DNA of 64,000 nucleotides from Eledone cirrhosa (taxonomy: Eukaryota), in NCBI GenBank assembly GCA_964016885.1, contig OZ024740.1, positions 324,198,001 through 324,262,000 on the forward strand, read 5' to 3'. The notes under the pieces are model-generated. The model worked only from the letters and a program-made list of their open reading frames with translations, ran no database searches and had not been told where the DNA came from. Both the position numbers and the translations under genes were made by a program. Numbering within the stretch: the stretch's first letter is position 1; every line of letters begins with the position of its first letter. Below, in pieces: positions 39,631 through 54,237 of the stretch.

Positions 39631-40594
39631 GATGAATGTCTCCTTACTAAATACCTAACAGAATGGGACAACATTTTATGGGAAGAAGAAGAGGGGTGTA
39701 TGCTTATTGGATCAATCCAATTATTTGAAAGGGTATGTAATTTATCATCCCTAACGATGGCGGTTGTAGACACTGACCCAGGATTTTCTAAAAGGAATGT
39801 TATCGGTGTCTACAAAGTTTTGTGAGAGAAGGTCTCTATTCACTTCTGTCAGGTTAGGCTTGAATATGTGTAAACATTTTCTGAAATTACAAAAACTTCA
39901 CATACCCCAACCCACCAGGACCAGGTACGGCATATAACCCTGCACCCACATCACCAATTACCCTCCATCTTTGCAGCGACTCGGGTAAAATATACCAACA
40001 CCCACCCTCTGTACATACTGCTCTTAGTCCTCCTCCGTTGCAGTAACCCAGATATGATGCCCCTCCCCAGCCCACCCGTATTGACTCGGGTAAGCTGCAT
40101 CCCTCACTCATCCCTCTTATAGCACCCAGCCCACCCGTATTGACTCGGGTTAAGCTGTATCCCTCACTCATCCCTCATAGTCCCCACACCCCTACAGTAT
40201 CCTGGGTCTGATGTACCCCGACAGCTCCACTTATTAGCCCCTACCCCCTTCTGTAGAATCAAAGGAATGACATGCACTCAGCCCTCCAAAAAAGGTCCCA
40301 AGTATGACGCACTCGTTACACCCACCTCAACCATATCACCCCTCCCCTCAAAAGTGTCCCGGGTATGTACCCCTGCAGCTACACCCCCTATCTTAGCCTC
40401 TCCACCATTGCATCCCTGGCATGATGCACCCGCGACCCTACACCTCTCATGGTCCCCTCCACCCAGCAACGTCCCAGGTATTATGTACCCTTGCACCCAC
40501 CCTTAACATAACCCCTCCCTTCAGCAGTGAAACGTTAATGATGTTGATCACCAACAGTGAAGCTGGGCCACACACGAATTCCGGGTAGATTGAA

Positions 40595-40674
<80 letters not shown>

Positions 40675-40771
40675 GTAAGAGAGGGTGATAGAGAGAGGGA
40701 GGGAGAGAAAGAGGGTAGGGAAGAACACAGAGAGAGAAAGGGGGTAGGGAAGAACAGAGAGAGATAGAGAG

Positions 40772-40870
<99 letters not shown>

Positions 40871-41499
40871 TACAGATAGAGGGAAGGAAAAATACAGAGA
40901 GTATGTATGTGGGAGCGAAAAAGAGAGAGATAGTGATAATGTGTGTATGTGTTTCAAACAGTGTGTGAGCATGTATGTGAAAGAGTGTAAGAGAAAGAGA
41001 GAGACAGGGAGAACACAGAGAGTATGTATGTGAGAGCAAGAGAGAAAGAGGGATTGTGTGTGTATGTGTGTGTGCTCGAGAGAGAGAGAGAGTGAGTATA
41101 GGTAGTGGGGGGGGGGGGGTACATAGAGAAAGTGACCCACTGCAAACGTTTGAAATTTAACGGACAGAGAATGTTTAAACATGCGCGTAGAGACATAAAC
41201 GTTATCATGTAGTGATGGCCAATACGAATAGACAAGACATATATACATACAGACATACAGACAGACACATACACACGTTGACGTGCAGCGAATGGCCTAG
41301 ACAGACAGACAGACAGACAAAGCAAGCAGAGAGGTAAAAACAGTTTTGAAATACATTGAAACAAGCTATGAAATACGTTAATATATAGAGGGGCTTAGAC
41401 ACACTCTAGTATACATACAAACATAGCAGCAACAGTGGGTGAGAGAGAGGCCCGACAAGAGTGGGTATATAGTCAGTCACTCTGATACTAGGACTGTCT

Positions 41500-41538
<39 letters not shown>

Positions 41539-42074
41539 TATACACATGCACATATATATATATATATATATGTAGACACACACACACACACATGTACATA
41601 GATACAAACGCGCAGTTTGGGTCCAGTAGGCTTTAAGGTAACATAAATGTAAGTTACCTAGACAGACAGTGTGGGAATCATATATAATGTATGTGTGTAA
41701 GTGTAACAAGTAGTCCTATCACATATAGACATCTGTATGCGTACACAGACACACACACATTCCCCTTAATAGTCCCGAGACGGTGTGTATATGTGCCTGT
41801 ATGTACCAGGCAGCATCCTAGGACACACACATTCAGTATCCTGAGATAATCACTGTGTCAATATGTAGTTTTGTATTTGCCTGTGTGAGAGGAAGTTTCA
41901 GCATGTAGTATTAGAGAGAGAGGAGAGAGACATGTGAGAAAAAGAGAGAGTGGGAGAGACAGACTGACAATCAGACAGAGAGAGCGAAATACCGAACCAC
42001 GAGAGAGCATTCGATATGAGTAATTAATCCATTTGTCTTTTCAACAGGACGTCCTGCATACTGACTTATAATGT

Positions 42075-43000
42075 GAGTGGCTGAATATTCCGCAAACACA
42101 TGAATCCTTAACGTAATTAACAGATCCAACGTGACAGTATGTGAGGTGGATTGGCAGTATCGGTAGAGGGTCGGACGTCATGCTTTGTCGCAAAGAATTA
42201 CGATATTCTGAGTTCAAATCCCGCCGAAGTCAACTTTGCCTTTCATCCTTACGGGGTCGATAAAATAAAGTACCAGTAATGTACTAAGTAATTGCTGGCC
42301 TTGTGCCAAAAGTAGAAACAATTATAGTATGGGTGGTTGAGTATCCCAAAGTCATGCGTATTTTTAATGTAGTTCTCAGGGAGATTCGGAATAATACAGG
42401 TATAGGACAAAACTTGGCCCTTTGAATTACCGGTACAGACTGTCAACTTTGCCTTTCATCCTTACGGGGTCGATAAAATAAAGTACCAGTAATGCACCGA
42501 GATAATTGCTGGTCTTGTGCCAAAAATAGAAACAATTATTGTTTAAGTGGTTAGGGCGGTGGATTGGTAGAGCGTCGGACAGCTTACTTTGTGACTTACG
42601 TCCTTTTAAGTTCTGAGTTCAAATCCTGCCGAGGTTAACTTTGTCTGTCATCTTCACGGAATCGATAAAATAAAGCCAGTAACATACTGAGTCGATTTAA
42701 TCGACTTTCTTCTCTATCCAAAAATCGTTTTCCTTGTGCCTAAAGCAAACCATTATTGTTTAAATGGTTGAGTATTCCGCCAGATACGGTGTGCCCTTAA
42801 CGTAATTCATATGGAGATTCAGCATGGCGTAGTATGTGACATAGCTGGCCTTTGGAATTACAGGTACAGTCCATCTTCTATTATAGTGAGTGGTTGAGTA
42901 TTCCACAGACACATGTATCCGTAACGTAATTCTAAGGGAGATTCAGTGTGAGTGACTAACGAGACTCATCTTTTGAGTTATGCGTACAATACATCTGAAC
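42075..43000 (+). mobile_element. Interleaved family-A SINEs and a third repeat (ggttgagtattcc..ttaacgtaattc..ggagattc)
   Basis: SINEs at ~42146-42325, 42440-42540 and 42553-42755. The other repeat recurs four times here and at ~53610 and ~58560-58890. Confidence 0.7.
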
Positions 43001-43540
43001 TTCTGTATAGTTATACTTACAAAGCTTGGGTAGACTCGGGGCTATGACGAAATACACTGATACATGACCCAGTCTGTAACAAAGCTGGGCGTTTGTATTA
43101 CAGGTACACTTCATCTGACAAATTTCCACCTAGTTTCCGCCTACCCAAGACAATGGTAAATGACACTTTGTCTCGAGCCAGGAGGCTGATCAGGTCGGTG
43201 CTCAGCCCGGTTTCCGTGGCGTGAAGCACTAATCCCTCGCTGAGTTAAACCCCCAGCTACTGCTGGTAGTCATGTTCAGCTGAGTATTTTGGAGCAATGT
43301 GAAATAAAGTGTTGTGCTCAAGCCCACAACACGCAACACAGTCCAGGAATCGAACTCACGACATTATGATCATAAATTCAACACCCTTACCACCGCTAAT
43401 CATTCTCATAGCGAGGTCCTTTTGAGGGTAATGTATTTTTACAATCGGGTGCCTTTTCTGGTGCCAATGACATTATGATCGTAAGTCTAACACACTTACC
43501 ACGAGGTCATTTATCCGAAGTACCAAGCTTGCAAAACATT

Positions 43541-43757
43541 TTAACCCTTTAATGTTCTAACGGGCCAAAACTCACCAGAATTCTCTACCTCTTTCTGTTG
43601 AAACTGGCTGTAACTGGTCACTCAAACTGATGTTAAGGTATTGTTCTCAAAATAAATACTTTCAAAATCTCATAGATTCGATATTATGTGAGATAAAGCC
43701 TTTACCATGAAAATATAATAGTATATATAGAGAGCAATGTGAATGCTAAAGGGTTAA
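43541..43757. mobile_element. TTAA-flanked MITE (piggyBac-type ends)
   Basis: ttaacccttta ... tgctaaagggttaa. Internal sequence shared with 14936-15161. Confidence 0.65.
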
Positions 43758-43919
43758 CTTTTAGACATAGCACACAGACTGGTTGACAGACAAAAGCCCA
43801 AGACGCGTGACAAGAGGGCTGATTGGCCAAAAAAATGTGCCAACCGAAAGATAGACGAAGAAAAAAAAATAGAAAGTGCGAAGTTAGATGGATACCAAGT
43901 TAAACGTAGACTCAGGAAA

Positions 43920-44320
43920 GTGCTAAGTTAGACACACAGGCAGGGAAGAGCCACGTTAGAAAACACACACAGCTTGACAGAGAAGAGACAAGTTAGACAC
44001 ATAGACAGACAGTTAGATAGACAGACAAGGAAGAGACAAGTTAGACACACACAGCTAGACAGAGAAGAGACAAGTTAGACACACAGACAGACAGAGAAGA
44101 GACAAGTTAGACACACAGACAGACAGAGAAGAGACAAGTTAGACACACAGACAGACAGAGAAGGAAGAGACAAGTTAGAGACACAGTCAGACAGACAAGG
44201 AAGAGACAAGTTACACACACAGACAGCTGGATAGACAAACAGTTTGGGAAATGCCAAGTTAGACAAAAAGACAGCTGGATAGACAGATAGCTAAGGACGA
44301 GTCAAGGTAGACACAGACAG
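43920..44320. repeat. ~32-bp diverged minisatellite
   Basis: Unit agagacaagttagacacacagacagacagaga. Confidence 0.8.
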
Positions 44321-44604
44321 ATAAACAGACCAGTGCAGTTATCAACCCAGTAGGGATTTCATAAAAAGCTACATTATATTTTCAAAACGAAACTGAATAT
44401 TTTAGAAAGTAGCCAGCAATGAAAAGTTTCAGTCTACGGTTGACCAATACCTCGAGTGGAATTTTGTGGGGTGGGAATTGCAGGTGTGTGTGTGCGTGTG
44501 TGTGTGTGGGGGGGGGGTTGTTTGGTAAAAGGGGATCAGTAAAACAAGTAACAGACTTTTTAAAAATTAATTATAGGGTCGATAAACTCGACTAAATCTC
44601 TTCA

Positions 44605-44970
44605 TAGCTGTGCCCCATGATGTCCACAGTTTAATGAGTGAAAAACTAGTTTAAGTTTAAGAAAGTGGTGTCTCTGCATTGCCGCAGTCAGTGGCGGAAA
44701 TTTAGAGAGAGAATGAAGTGCTCCAGTATGGCTGCAGTCTAATGACTGAAATTTGGTGAAAGAATGAGGTGCCTCAGCATGACCACTGTCTAAGGACTAA
44801 AATGTTGTGAGAGAATGAGTTGCTCCAGTATGGCTGCAGTCCAATGACTGAAATTTTATGAAAGAATGCGGTGCCCCAGCATGGTCGGAGTCTAATGACT
44901 GAAATGTTATGAAAGAACGCTGTCCCTCAGCTTAACCGCAATAAGAATTACTGAAACCAGTGAAAGAATA
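44605..44970. repeat. ~52-bp diverged tandem repeat
   Basis: gtgcyccagcatggcygcagtctaatgactgaaa..gaaagaat, 6-7 copies. Confidence 0.75.
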
Positions 44971-45299
44971 AAATTAATATATACATAAGTACCTGTAGGT
45001 CAGTTCTAATTTACAAAGTTGATAATCTAATATAGTATAATATAATATTCTCAATAAGATTATTAGATTTAAAATTAAAATGTTAAAGTAGCAAATGCTA
45101 CCCCACCACCCTTAAAAACATAGCGTGAAATACTAAAAACTAGCAGTCTGCCAGTTGTAACCCAATATAGCAGCAACCCTGTGCTATGACACCCACATCT
45201 TAAGGGGGCTTTTGTTCTTATGTTACTATAGTATTAGCATTGCCTGTAACGTTAACATGTTTTGTTACTATAGTACTATATTGCCTGTAACTGTTGATA

Positions 45300-45510
45300 T
45301 CTATTTAAGGCACAAAGACAGCATATTTGAGGGGAAGCAAAGTTGATTAAATGAACCCCAGTACTTGACTGGTACTACATTTTATAGACCCCAGAAGGAT
45401 AAAAGGGAACCCTGACCTCAGCGAGATTTGAACTCAGAATGTTAAGGGCCAAAACAAATACCGTAATGGTATTTTATCCAACGTTCTACCAATTCTGACA
45501 ATCCACCACC
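45300..45510 (-). mobile_element. Family-A-related SINE, diverged
   Basis: Core and head similarity. Confidence 0.7.
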
Positions 45511-45516
45511 CTTTGT

Positions 45517-47270
45517 ACACTGCCTGTAACTACTACTGCAACACAACACACAGCCTGTAGCATTACACTGCCTGTAACTATTAATACAACACTACACTGC
45601 CTGTAACTACTACTGCAACACTACACTGCCTGTAGCTACACTGTAGTATTACACTGCCTGTAGCTACTACTGCAACACAACACTGCCTGTAGCTACACTG
45701 TAGTATTACACTGCCTGTAGCTACTACTGCAACACAACACTGCCTGTAGCTACACTGTAGCATTACACTGCCTGTAGCTACTACTGCAACACAACACTGC
45801 CTGTAGCTACACTGTAGTATTACACTGCATGTAGCTACTACTGCAACACAACACTGCCTGTAGCTACACTGTAGTATTACACTGCCTGTAGCTACACTAG
45901 CAGTACACTGCCTGTAACTACTACTGCAACACAACACAGGCTGCAGCATTACACTGCATGTATCTTAATACGACACTACACTGCCTGTAGCTACACTATA
46001 GTATTACACTGCCTGTAACTACTACTACTACTACAACGCCTGTAACTACTACTGCAACACAACACTGCCTGTAGCTACACTGTTGCATTACCCTGCCTGT
46101 AACTACTACTACAACACAACACTGCCTGTAGCTACACTGTTGCATTACCCTGCCTGTAGCATTACACTGCCTGCAACTATTAATACAATACTACACTGAC
46201 TGTAACTTAATACAACACTACACTGCCTGTAACTACTACTGCAACACTACACTGCCTGTAGTTACTACTGCAACACTACACTGCCTGTAGTTACTACTGC
46301 AACACTACACTGCCTGTATATACTACTGCAACACTACACTGCCTGTATCTACTACTGCAACACTACACTGCCTGTAGCTACACTGTAGCATTACACTGCC
46401 TGTAACTATTAATACAACACTGCACTGCCTGTAACTATTAATACAACACTACACTGCCTGTAACTATTAATACAACACTACACTGCCTGTAACTACTACT
46501 GCAACACTACACTGCCTGTAACTACTACTGCAACACTACACTGCCTGTAACTACTACTGCAACACCACACTGCCTGTAGCTACACTGTAGCATTACACTG
46601 CCTGTAATTATTAATACAACACTACACTGCCTGTAACTACTACTGCAACACTACACTGCCTGTAACTACTACTGCAACACCACACTGCCTGTAGCTACAC
46701 TGTAGCATTACACTGCCTGTAATTATTAATACAACACTACACTGCCTGTAGCTACTACTGCAACACCACACTGCCTGTAGCTACACTGTAGCATTACACT
46801 GCCTGTAATTATTAATACAACACTACACTGCCTGTAGCTACTACTGCAACACTACACTGCCTGTAACTACTACTGAAACACTACACTGCCTGTAACTACT
46901 ACTGCAACACTACACTGCCTGTAACTACTACTGCAACACTACACTGCCTGTAACTACTACTGCAACACTACACTGCCTGTAACTACTACTGAAACATTAA
47001 ATTGCCTATAACTACACTGTAACATTACACTGTCTGTAAATATTACTGCTTCACTACACTTCCTGTAACTACAGCAACAGTACACTGTCTGTAACCACAC
47101 TGCAACACTACACTGCCTGTAACCACACTGCAACACTACACTGCCTGTAACTACTACTGCAACGCTACACTGCCTGCATCTACTACTATACTAATACACT
47201 AACTATGACTATACTATCACGATACTAATACACTGTAACTATTATCATAGTACCACACTGCCTGTAAGTA
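45517..47270. repeat. 1.7-kb minisatellite built on acactgcctgta (25-29-bp variants)
   Basis: actacactgcctgtaactactactgcaac and variants, with alternating higher-order units. Confidence 0.9.
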
Positions 47271-48444
47271 TTACGAAAACTTAAGGGCTTAAAACCCTTA
47301 AGTTTCTAAACCGGTCCTAGTTACATGATACGAAACTATTTTAAAGTGTTTATATTTATCTAAAAAATAAATTACATCGTAATTTTATGACTATTTAAGT
47401 TGCGTTCTAAATAATAATAATGAGAAGATTAGTTTATATTACTAAATCCCTTTCATATATTGATTGCTTTCAAAATTATTTGAAAATCATAAGAAGTTTT
47501 TTATAAGAAATATGTATACGAAAGGGTCAACGTGTTTATATTTATCTAAAAGAAACAAAACAAAAACAAAAAAAAACACCATAATTCTATATAAAGACCT
47601 TTGTTATAGACAGGCAGGCAGGTAAATAGGTAGGTAGGTTTGTTTAAGTCTAGGGGTAGATAGACAGATGGATAGGTAAGACCGAATAAAGATCGACGTA
47701 AGAATAAAACACTCACACATTGCACATATAGGTAGGTAGGTTGGTTGGTTAAGTCTAGAGGTAGATAGACAGCAAGAGTAAAAAAACACACAAAGATACA
47801 TCACATTACACACTTATTATATACACACATGCAAGGACCTTGTTTCAGTGGGAGGGGGGGGGTACTAGGTAACCCACACATATATTTGTAAAGAAAGAAA
47901 GGTGTCCGGATCTATATAGATATTACACGGATACTTTTTGTAACATTAACGCACACACACACATATATATAAGAGAAAACACGATGTCCCGGGTGGAAAA
48001 AGAGTGTGCAATGATGTCCTGGGTGGCATAAATATCAAATGGGTACTTTAGGTTAAAAAAATACACATGCATATATAGAGAGGAAGAGTCCCAGAGCCGT
48101 GACTTAGAACTGAGCATGACTTGATAGTACCATTTTTTCGCTAATACACACCTGTATACATATATATATATATCTGATGATTTCTCAAGAATGAAACAGT
48201 TCTAGTCATGTAGAATCTCATCTATATTAAAACTGTTATACTCTGCTATGTATTGAGTACCTTAATTACTGTGGTTACCTCCGATTCAACCCGGAAAAAC
48301 TTACCTATATATATATATATATAATATATATATTAGAACCGTAAGTTTGAAATGTCCGATTTCCTTACGCAGTTTCAATTTGAAATCGGACATTTCATAC
48401 TTAAGGATCTGATATATATATATTTAGAGAGAAAAGAGGACTCC

Positions 48445-49240
48445 CAGAGCCGTGACTTGGAATTGAGTGTGACTTGATAGTATTGTTCTTTCGCTAACAC
48501 AGAGAGAGGTGGGCGGGGGGGGGGGGGGGTCGCTAATCCGTGACTTGGAATTGAGTGTGACTTGATAGTATTATTCTTTCGCTAACACAGAGAGAGGTGG
48601 GGGGGGGGGTCGCTAATCCGTGACTTGGAATTGAGTGTGACTTGATAGTATTGTTCTTTCGCTAACACAGAGAGAGGTGGGCGGGGGGGGGGGGTCGCTA
48701 ATCCGTGACTTGGAATTGAGTGTGACTTGATAGTATTATTCTTTCGCTAACACAGAGAGAGGTGGGGGGGGGGGGGTCGCTAATCCGTGACTTGGAATTG
48801 AGTGTGACTTGATAGTATTATTCTTTCGCTAACACAGAGAGAGGTGTGTGTGGGGGGGGGTCGCTAATCCGTGACTTGGAATTGAGTGTGACTTGATAGT
48901 ATTGTTCTTTCGCTAACACAGAGAGAGGTGAGGGGGGGGGGTCGCTAATCCATGACTTGGAATTGAGTGTGACTTGATAGTATTATTCTTTCGCTAACAC
49001 AGAGAGAGGTGGGGGGGGGGGTCGCTAATCCGTGACTTGGAATTGAGTGTGACTTGATAGTATTATTCTTTCGCTAACACAGAGAGAGGTGAGGGGGTGG
49101 GGTCGCTAATCCATGACTTGGAATTGAGTGTGACTTGATAGTATTATTCTTTCGCTAACACAGAGAGAGGTGAGGGGGGTGGGGTCGCTAATCCATGACT
49201 TGGAATTGAGTGCGACTTGATAGTATTGTTCTTTCGCTAA
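48445..49240. repeat. ~80-88-bp minisatellite, 10 copies, variable poly-G
   Basis: Unit ccgtgacttggaattgagtgtgacttgatagtattrttctttcgctaacacagagagaggt(g)n tcgctaat. Confidence 0.9.
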
Positions 49241-49567
49241 GGGTTTTGAGTGGCCTTGCAGTTGCAAAAAGTCACAGAGACTCTCTTGACAGCCATCCCT
49301 TCTCATGATCAAGCAGTACATCCAGGATGTGACAGCTGGAAAGAGAGAGCGAGAGGGCTGTTCCAGCATTGGTTTGGTACTTTGTCGATCTTTGAAACCC
49401 AAAGCATATATCCAACACAAACGACTAACAAATCGACAGAAGGTTACTTAAGGTAAAACATAACATACGTATATAAGACGATGATATCACGGGTGGAAAC
49501 TTTAGTTAACAACACACTCATACGCGAGAGAGAGGAGGGCGTATTACCTGAGATATACATATCACTC

Positions 49568-49638
<71 letters not shown>

Positions 49639-49930
49639 TACTTTACCTGAAATACCCAGCGGTACCCCTTTCTCTGTGTTACCTAAAATACCCATTTGAA
49701 AAAAAAAAATATATATATATAGTAGGGTACTGCTGGGTATTTCAGGTAAAGTAGACAGATACAGTCGTTATAAAATATAAACAGCAACAGGACCATTTCC
49801 CAGCAGTAACAAGATAACACATGGCTAGCCTTCTATGTGCCATCTCTACATTGAACCCCTACCACTACTACGACGACAGTAGTAACAACAACAACAGTGC
49901 AAAACAAACACATAGTTGGCCTTCTGTTAG

Positions 49931-49970
<40 letters not shown>

Positions 49971-50625
49971 GAAAAGGACAAACAAACGCAGCCAGACTTG
50001 GCCAGACTTGTCTCATAACAGGACCACCCCGTTCAACACTGTAAACGTGGTTGGAGTTAGGAAGGGCATTCAGCTGTAAGAATTCCAGCCAAAATACAGT
50101 TCAATTTGAGCAAGTTACGGCGCGGCCAAATGGCAAGACTTGTATCATAACATGAACGACCCGTCTAACCCATGTGCAAGCATGGAAAAATAGACGTTAA
50201 ACGGTGGTGATTATATATATATATATATATACATATATATATACTAAAGACTGTTAGGAATATATAACTATCTCATATACTACTACTACTGATGCCATCA
50301 CCCACTATGGCTATTACAAGTACTATCCTATCATGGGCTCTTAACTTCTGATGGAGTCGTAGAGACGATCTCCTGATAACTACCGTGTTTTGGGCATCTA
50401 AAACCTGGCCGAGCCCAGCCCTCCTTCTTTAAGTCTTTAAAAAGCTGGAATAGTAAGAAAGATGTATAGAGGGGGGAAGTCTATGTCAGTATTAGTCAGG
50501 AACTTTATCTACCTCGAAAGGATGACATACTAAGTTGACTTCAGAGAGCAGAAAGTCAAAACGAATAGCGCAAAGCATACTATCCAACGTTCTAATGCCT
50601 GGGCCTTCTGTCACTATATATGTAT

Positions 50626-50658
<33 letters not shown>

Positions 50659-50824
50659 AGAGAAAGAGAAAGAGAGAGAGAGAGCGACTTTCTGAAAACG
50701 GTTGATGAAAGTGACGAAATCAACTAGGAAGGTATACGCCAGGTTCCTGCTATATCAAGCGTTAACCTAATATTATACCTTCCATATACTCTACCGATTG
50801 TGTTGTTATTTCTGTTTACCTTTT

Positions 50825-50874
<50 letters not shown>

Positions 50875-51006
50875 TAAATAACAGATTAAAGTTTAAGCAA
50901 AGAATCGCTGCTTTAGTCTTCAATTTTATTATTATTATTATTACTATATATATATATATATACAGGGTGTCCCCCCAAAATATATACACACTTCAACAGC
51001 ATTCTA

Positions 51007-51060
<54 letters not shown>

Positions 51061-51429
51061 TAAATAATTGCAAAGGCCATATGAAGTTATTCATGAATTT
51101 GTCCACTGTGCTATTATACATATTTCCCTGGGATCGATGGTAAGGTGATGTAATTACCACGTAATCACTGGCTAGATAGATAGCATTTGCAGACAAAAAA
51201 GTCAAGCAACTTCTATAGATTATCGATAAGAGGGACAGCATATAAGATGTTCATTTCTAGCTGGCTGGCCCGTGTGTGTATGTGCCCCACACTACATACT
51301 ATTGCTATAACTGTCCCACTCACCACTACCACTACTACTACTACTACTACTACAAATGTCCTGCGCACTATCTCCTACCACTGTCACCATTACGGAAATA
51401 CTACAACTAGCGATATCGTTCTCAATCCA

Positions 51430-52350
51430 CTACCACTACACCACTACAGTCCCAGGTAACCTGTATCACCACCACCACCACCACTACAGTCCCAGGTAAC
51501 CTCTATCACCACCACCACCACCACTACAGTACCAGGTAACCTCTATCACCACCACCACCACCACCACTACAGTCCCAGGTAACCTCTATCACCACCATCA
51601 CCACCACCACCACTACAGTCCCAGGTAACCTGTATCACCACCATCACCACCACCACCACTACAGTCCCAGGTAACCTCTATCACCACCACCACCACCACC
51701 ACCACTACAGTCCCAGGTAACCTCTATCACCACCATCACCACCACTACAGTCCCAGGTAAACAACATCACCGTCGTAATTCACAACTACCACCACCACCA
51801 CCACTATCCCATGTAACTACCATCACAACTACCACCACCACTGTCCCATGTAACTACCACCACCACCACTGTCCCATGTAACTACCATCACAACTACCAC
51901 CACTGTCCCATGTAACTACCATCACAACTACCACCACTGTCCCATGTAACTACCATCACAACTACCACCACTGTCCCATGTAACTACCATCACTACTACC
52001 ACCACCACCACTGTCCCATGTAACTACCATCACTACTACAACCACCACCACTGTCCCATGTAACTACCATCACTACTACCACCACCACCACTGTCCCATG
52101 TAACTACCATCACAACTACCACCACTGTCCCATGTAACTACCATCACTACAACCACCACCACTGTCCCATGTAACTACCATCACTACTACCACTACCACC
52201 ACTGTCCCATGTAACTACCATCACTACTACCACCACCACCACTGTCCCATGTAACTACCATCACAACTACCACCACTGTCCCATGTAACTACCATCACTA
52301 CCACCACCACCACTGTCCCATGTAACTACCATCACAACTACCACCACCAC
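51430..52350. repeat. Two related CAC-rich minisatellites
   Basis: ccactacagtcccaggtaacctctat(cac)n, then ccactgtcccatgtaactaccatcac units. Confidence 0.9.
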
Positions 52351-53105
52351 TATGCTACATCACTACCATCATTGTCCCAAGCCGCCACTACTATCATTAC
52401 TACCACAACCACCGCTGTCCAAAGTCACTACACACACTACTACTACCTCCACCACTGTTTTATCACTGTCCCAATTCAATACTATTACCACTAAGACCAC
52501 CTTAACAATTACCAACACTATATCAATAATAGTATCACTATCTCACTCATATCCACAACTACTAATATTACTATTACAGTACTACGACTACAGCATACTG
52601 ACAATAAGCTACTACAACCACTACTGCAACAATGCTATTGCTGTCATTACTACTACTATATTGTTATCGCCGTCCCAAACACAACTACACACAGACACAT
52701 ATACTACACATACATACATACATACATTCATACATACATACATACACGACTCACACAGAGCGAGATGTCAACTTGTTTCAAGTTAAAGTCAGTTGATGTC
52801 CCAACATACACACATACAAAAAAACCGATGCCACACACACACACAATATATATATATATACATACATACATATATACAAATACACCATACACACACATAC
52901 ATACTCACAATTACACACACTCAAACACATACACAGAGACAAACAGACACACATACACAAAGCGAGGTGTCAACCGTTTTTCAGGTCAGTTAATGTCCCG
53001 TACATTGCAACAGTAGCTTTGGCAACTTTATAGAAAGCGCCATGTGTATATGTGTGTATAACGATGTACAGAGCCACTGTGTGTGTATAAATGTCTGAAA
53101 ACGTA

Positions 53106-53146
<41 letters not shown>

Positions 53147-53436
53147 GTGAAGATGTACCTTTGTGTGTCTATATATATCAATGTATTTAGGTAACCAGTG
53201 TGTGTGTGTGCGTCTATATATAGACATATTCGAAGACGTACGCATGCCTGTATGTAACACATATATAGATGTGTATAACCTCTGTTTATAAATGTCCGAA
53301 GAAGAAAGAGCGTGCATATGTATGTATATATATGGGTGTATATAGTTAACCTCTGCTCTATCTGTGTGTGTATGTATTTGTGTAATAGGTCCGTATGTAT
53401 AAAAGTCTGATGACACACACACACACTATATATATA

Positions 53437-53540
53437 CAGGGTGTCCCCCCCAAAATGTATACACATTTTGATTACTTGTAGAGGCAATATTTATTAGAAT
53501 GCTGTTGACGTACGTGTATATATATTTTTGGGACACCCTG
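53437..53540. mobile_element. Tiny Tc1/mariner-type MITE
   Basis: TA-cagggtgtccc..gggacaccctg-TA. Relatives at 29566-29644, 32626-32703, 39206-39278, 50963-51007 (partial), 59938-60017 and 60126-60246. Confidence 0.7.
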
Positions 53541-53879
53541 TATATATATTTGTAAATATTGTGTGAAAAATCTGATAGACTGAACTACCTACTCATTGAA
53601 TTATTGTGTATATGGCTGAGTATTCCGTAGTCTTATGTTTTAAAGTAATTCTAGAGTATAATCAACGTCACACAATGTGTTTCGGCGTGACAGGACCTTT
53701 GAATTAGTTAGAATCAATCTATCTGATGGGTTTCCACACAATTCTCGTTTATCAATTTCACTTCCAAAGACTCAAGCCGTTGTGTAAAAGACGTCTGCCA
53801 AGACGTCACATAAGACCTCATGATCGCGAAGAGAATTCTTAACCACACGACCATACAATATGAGTGTGTGTATTTGTAT

Positions 53880-53983
<104 letters not shown>

Positions 53984-54179
53984 GTGTGAAAACAGGGAAG
54001 AAAGTAAATACACAATAATGTCATTAGTGATATATTTCATTTTAACGGTTGAATTTTACAAATCGTTACTTTGAGCTTCATCGTCTCCAATTTTCGGACA
54101 GTGCTGAATATTAACACGATAATTCTATGTTAACGTCCCAAGATCGGAAGCAAGATAATTTTCGCAGATTCCGCTTTTT

Positions 54180-54237
<58 letters not shown>

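Noticed and set aside
48445-49240. Regularly spaced repeats suggesting a CRISPR array
   Set aside because: The spacers are only variable poly-G, there are no cas genes, and the context is eukaryotic.
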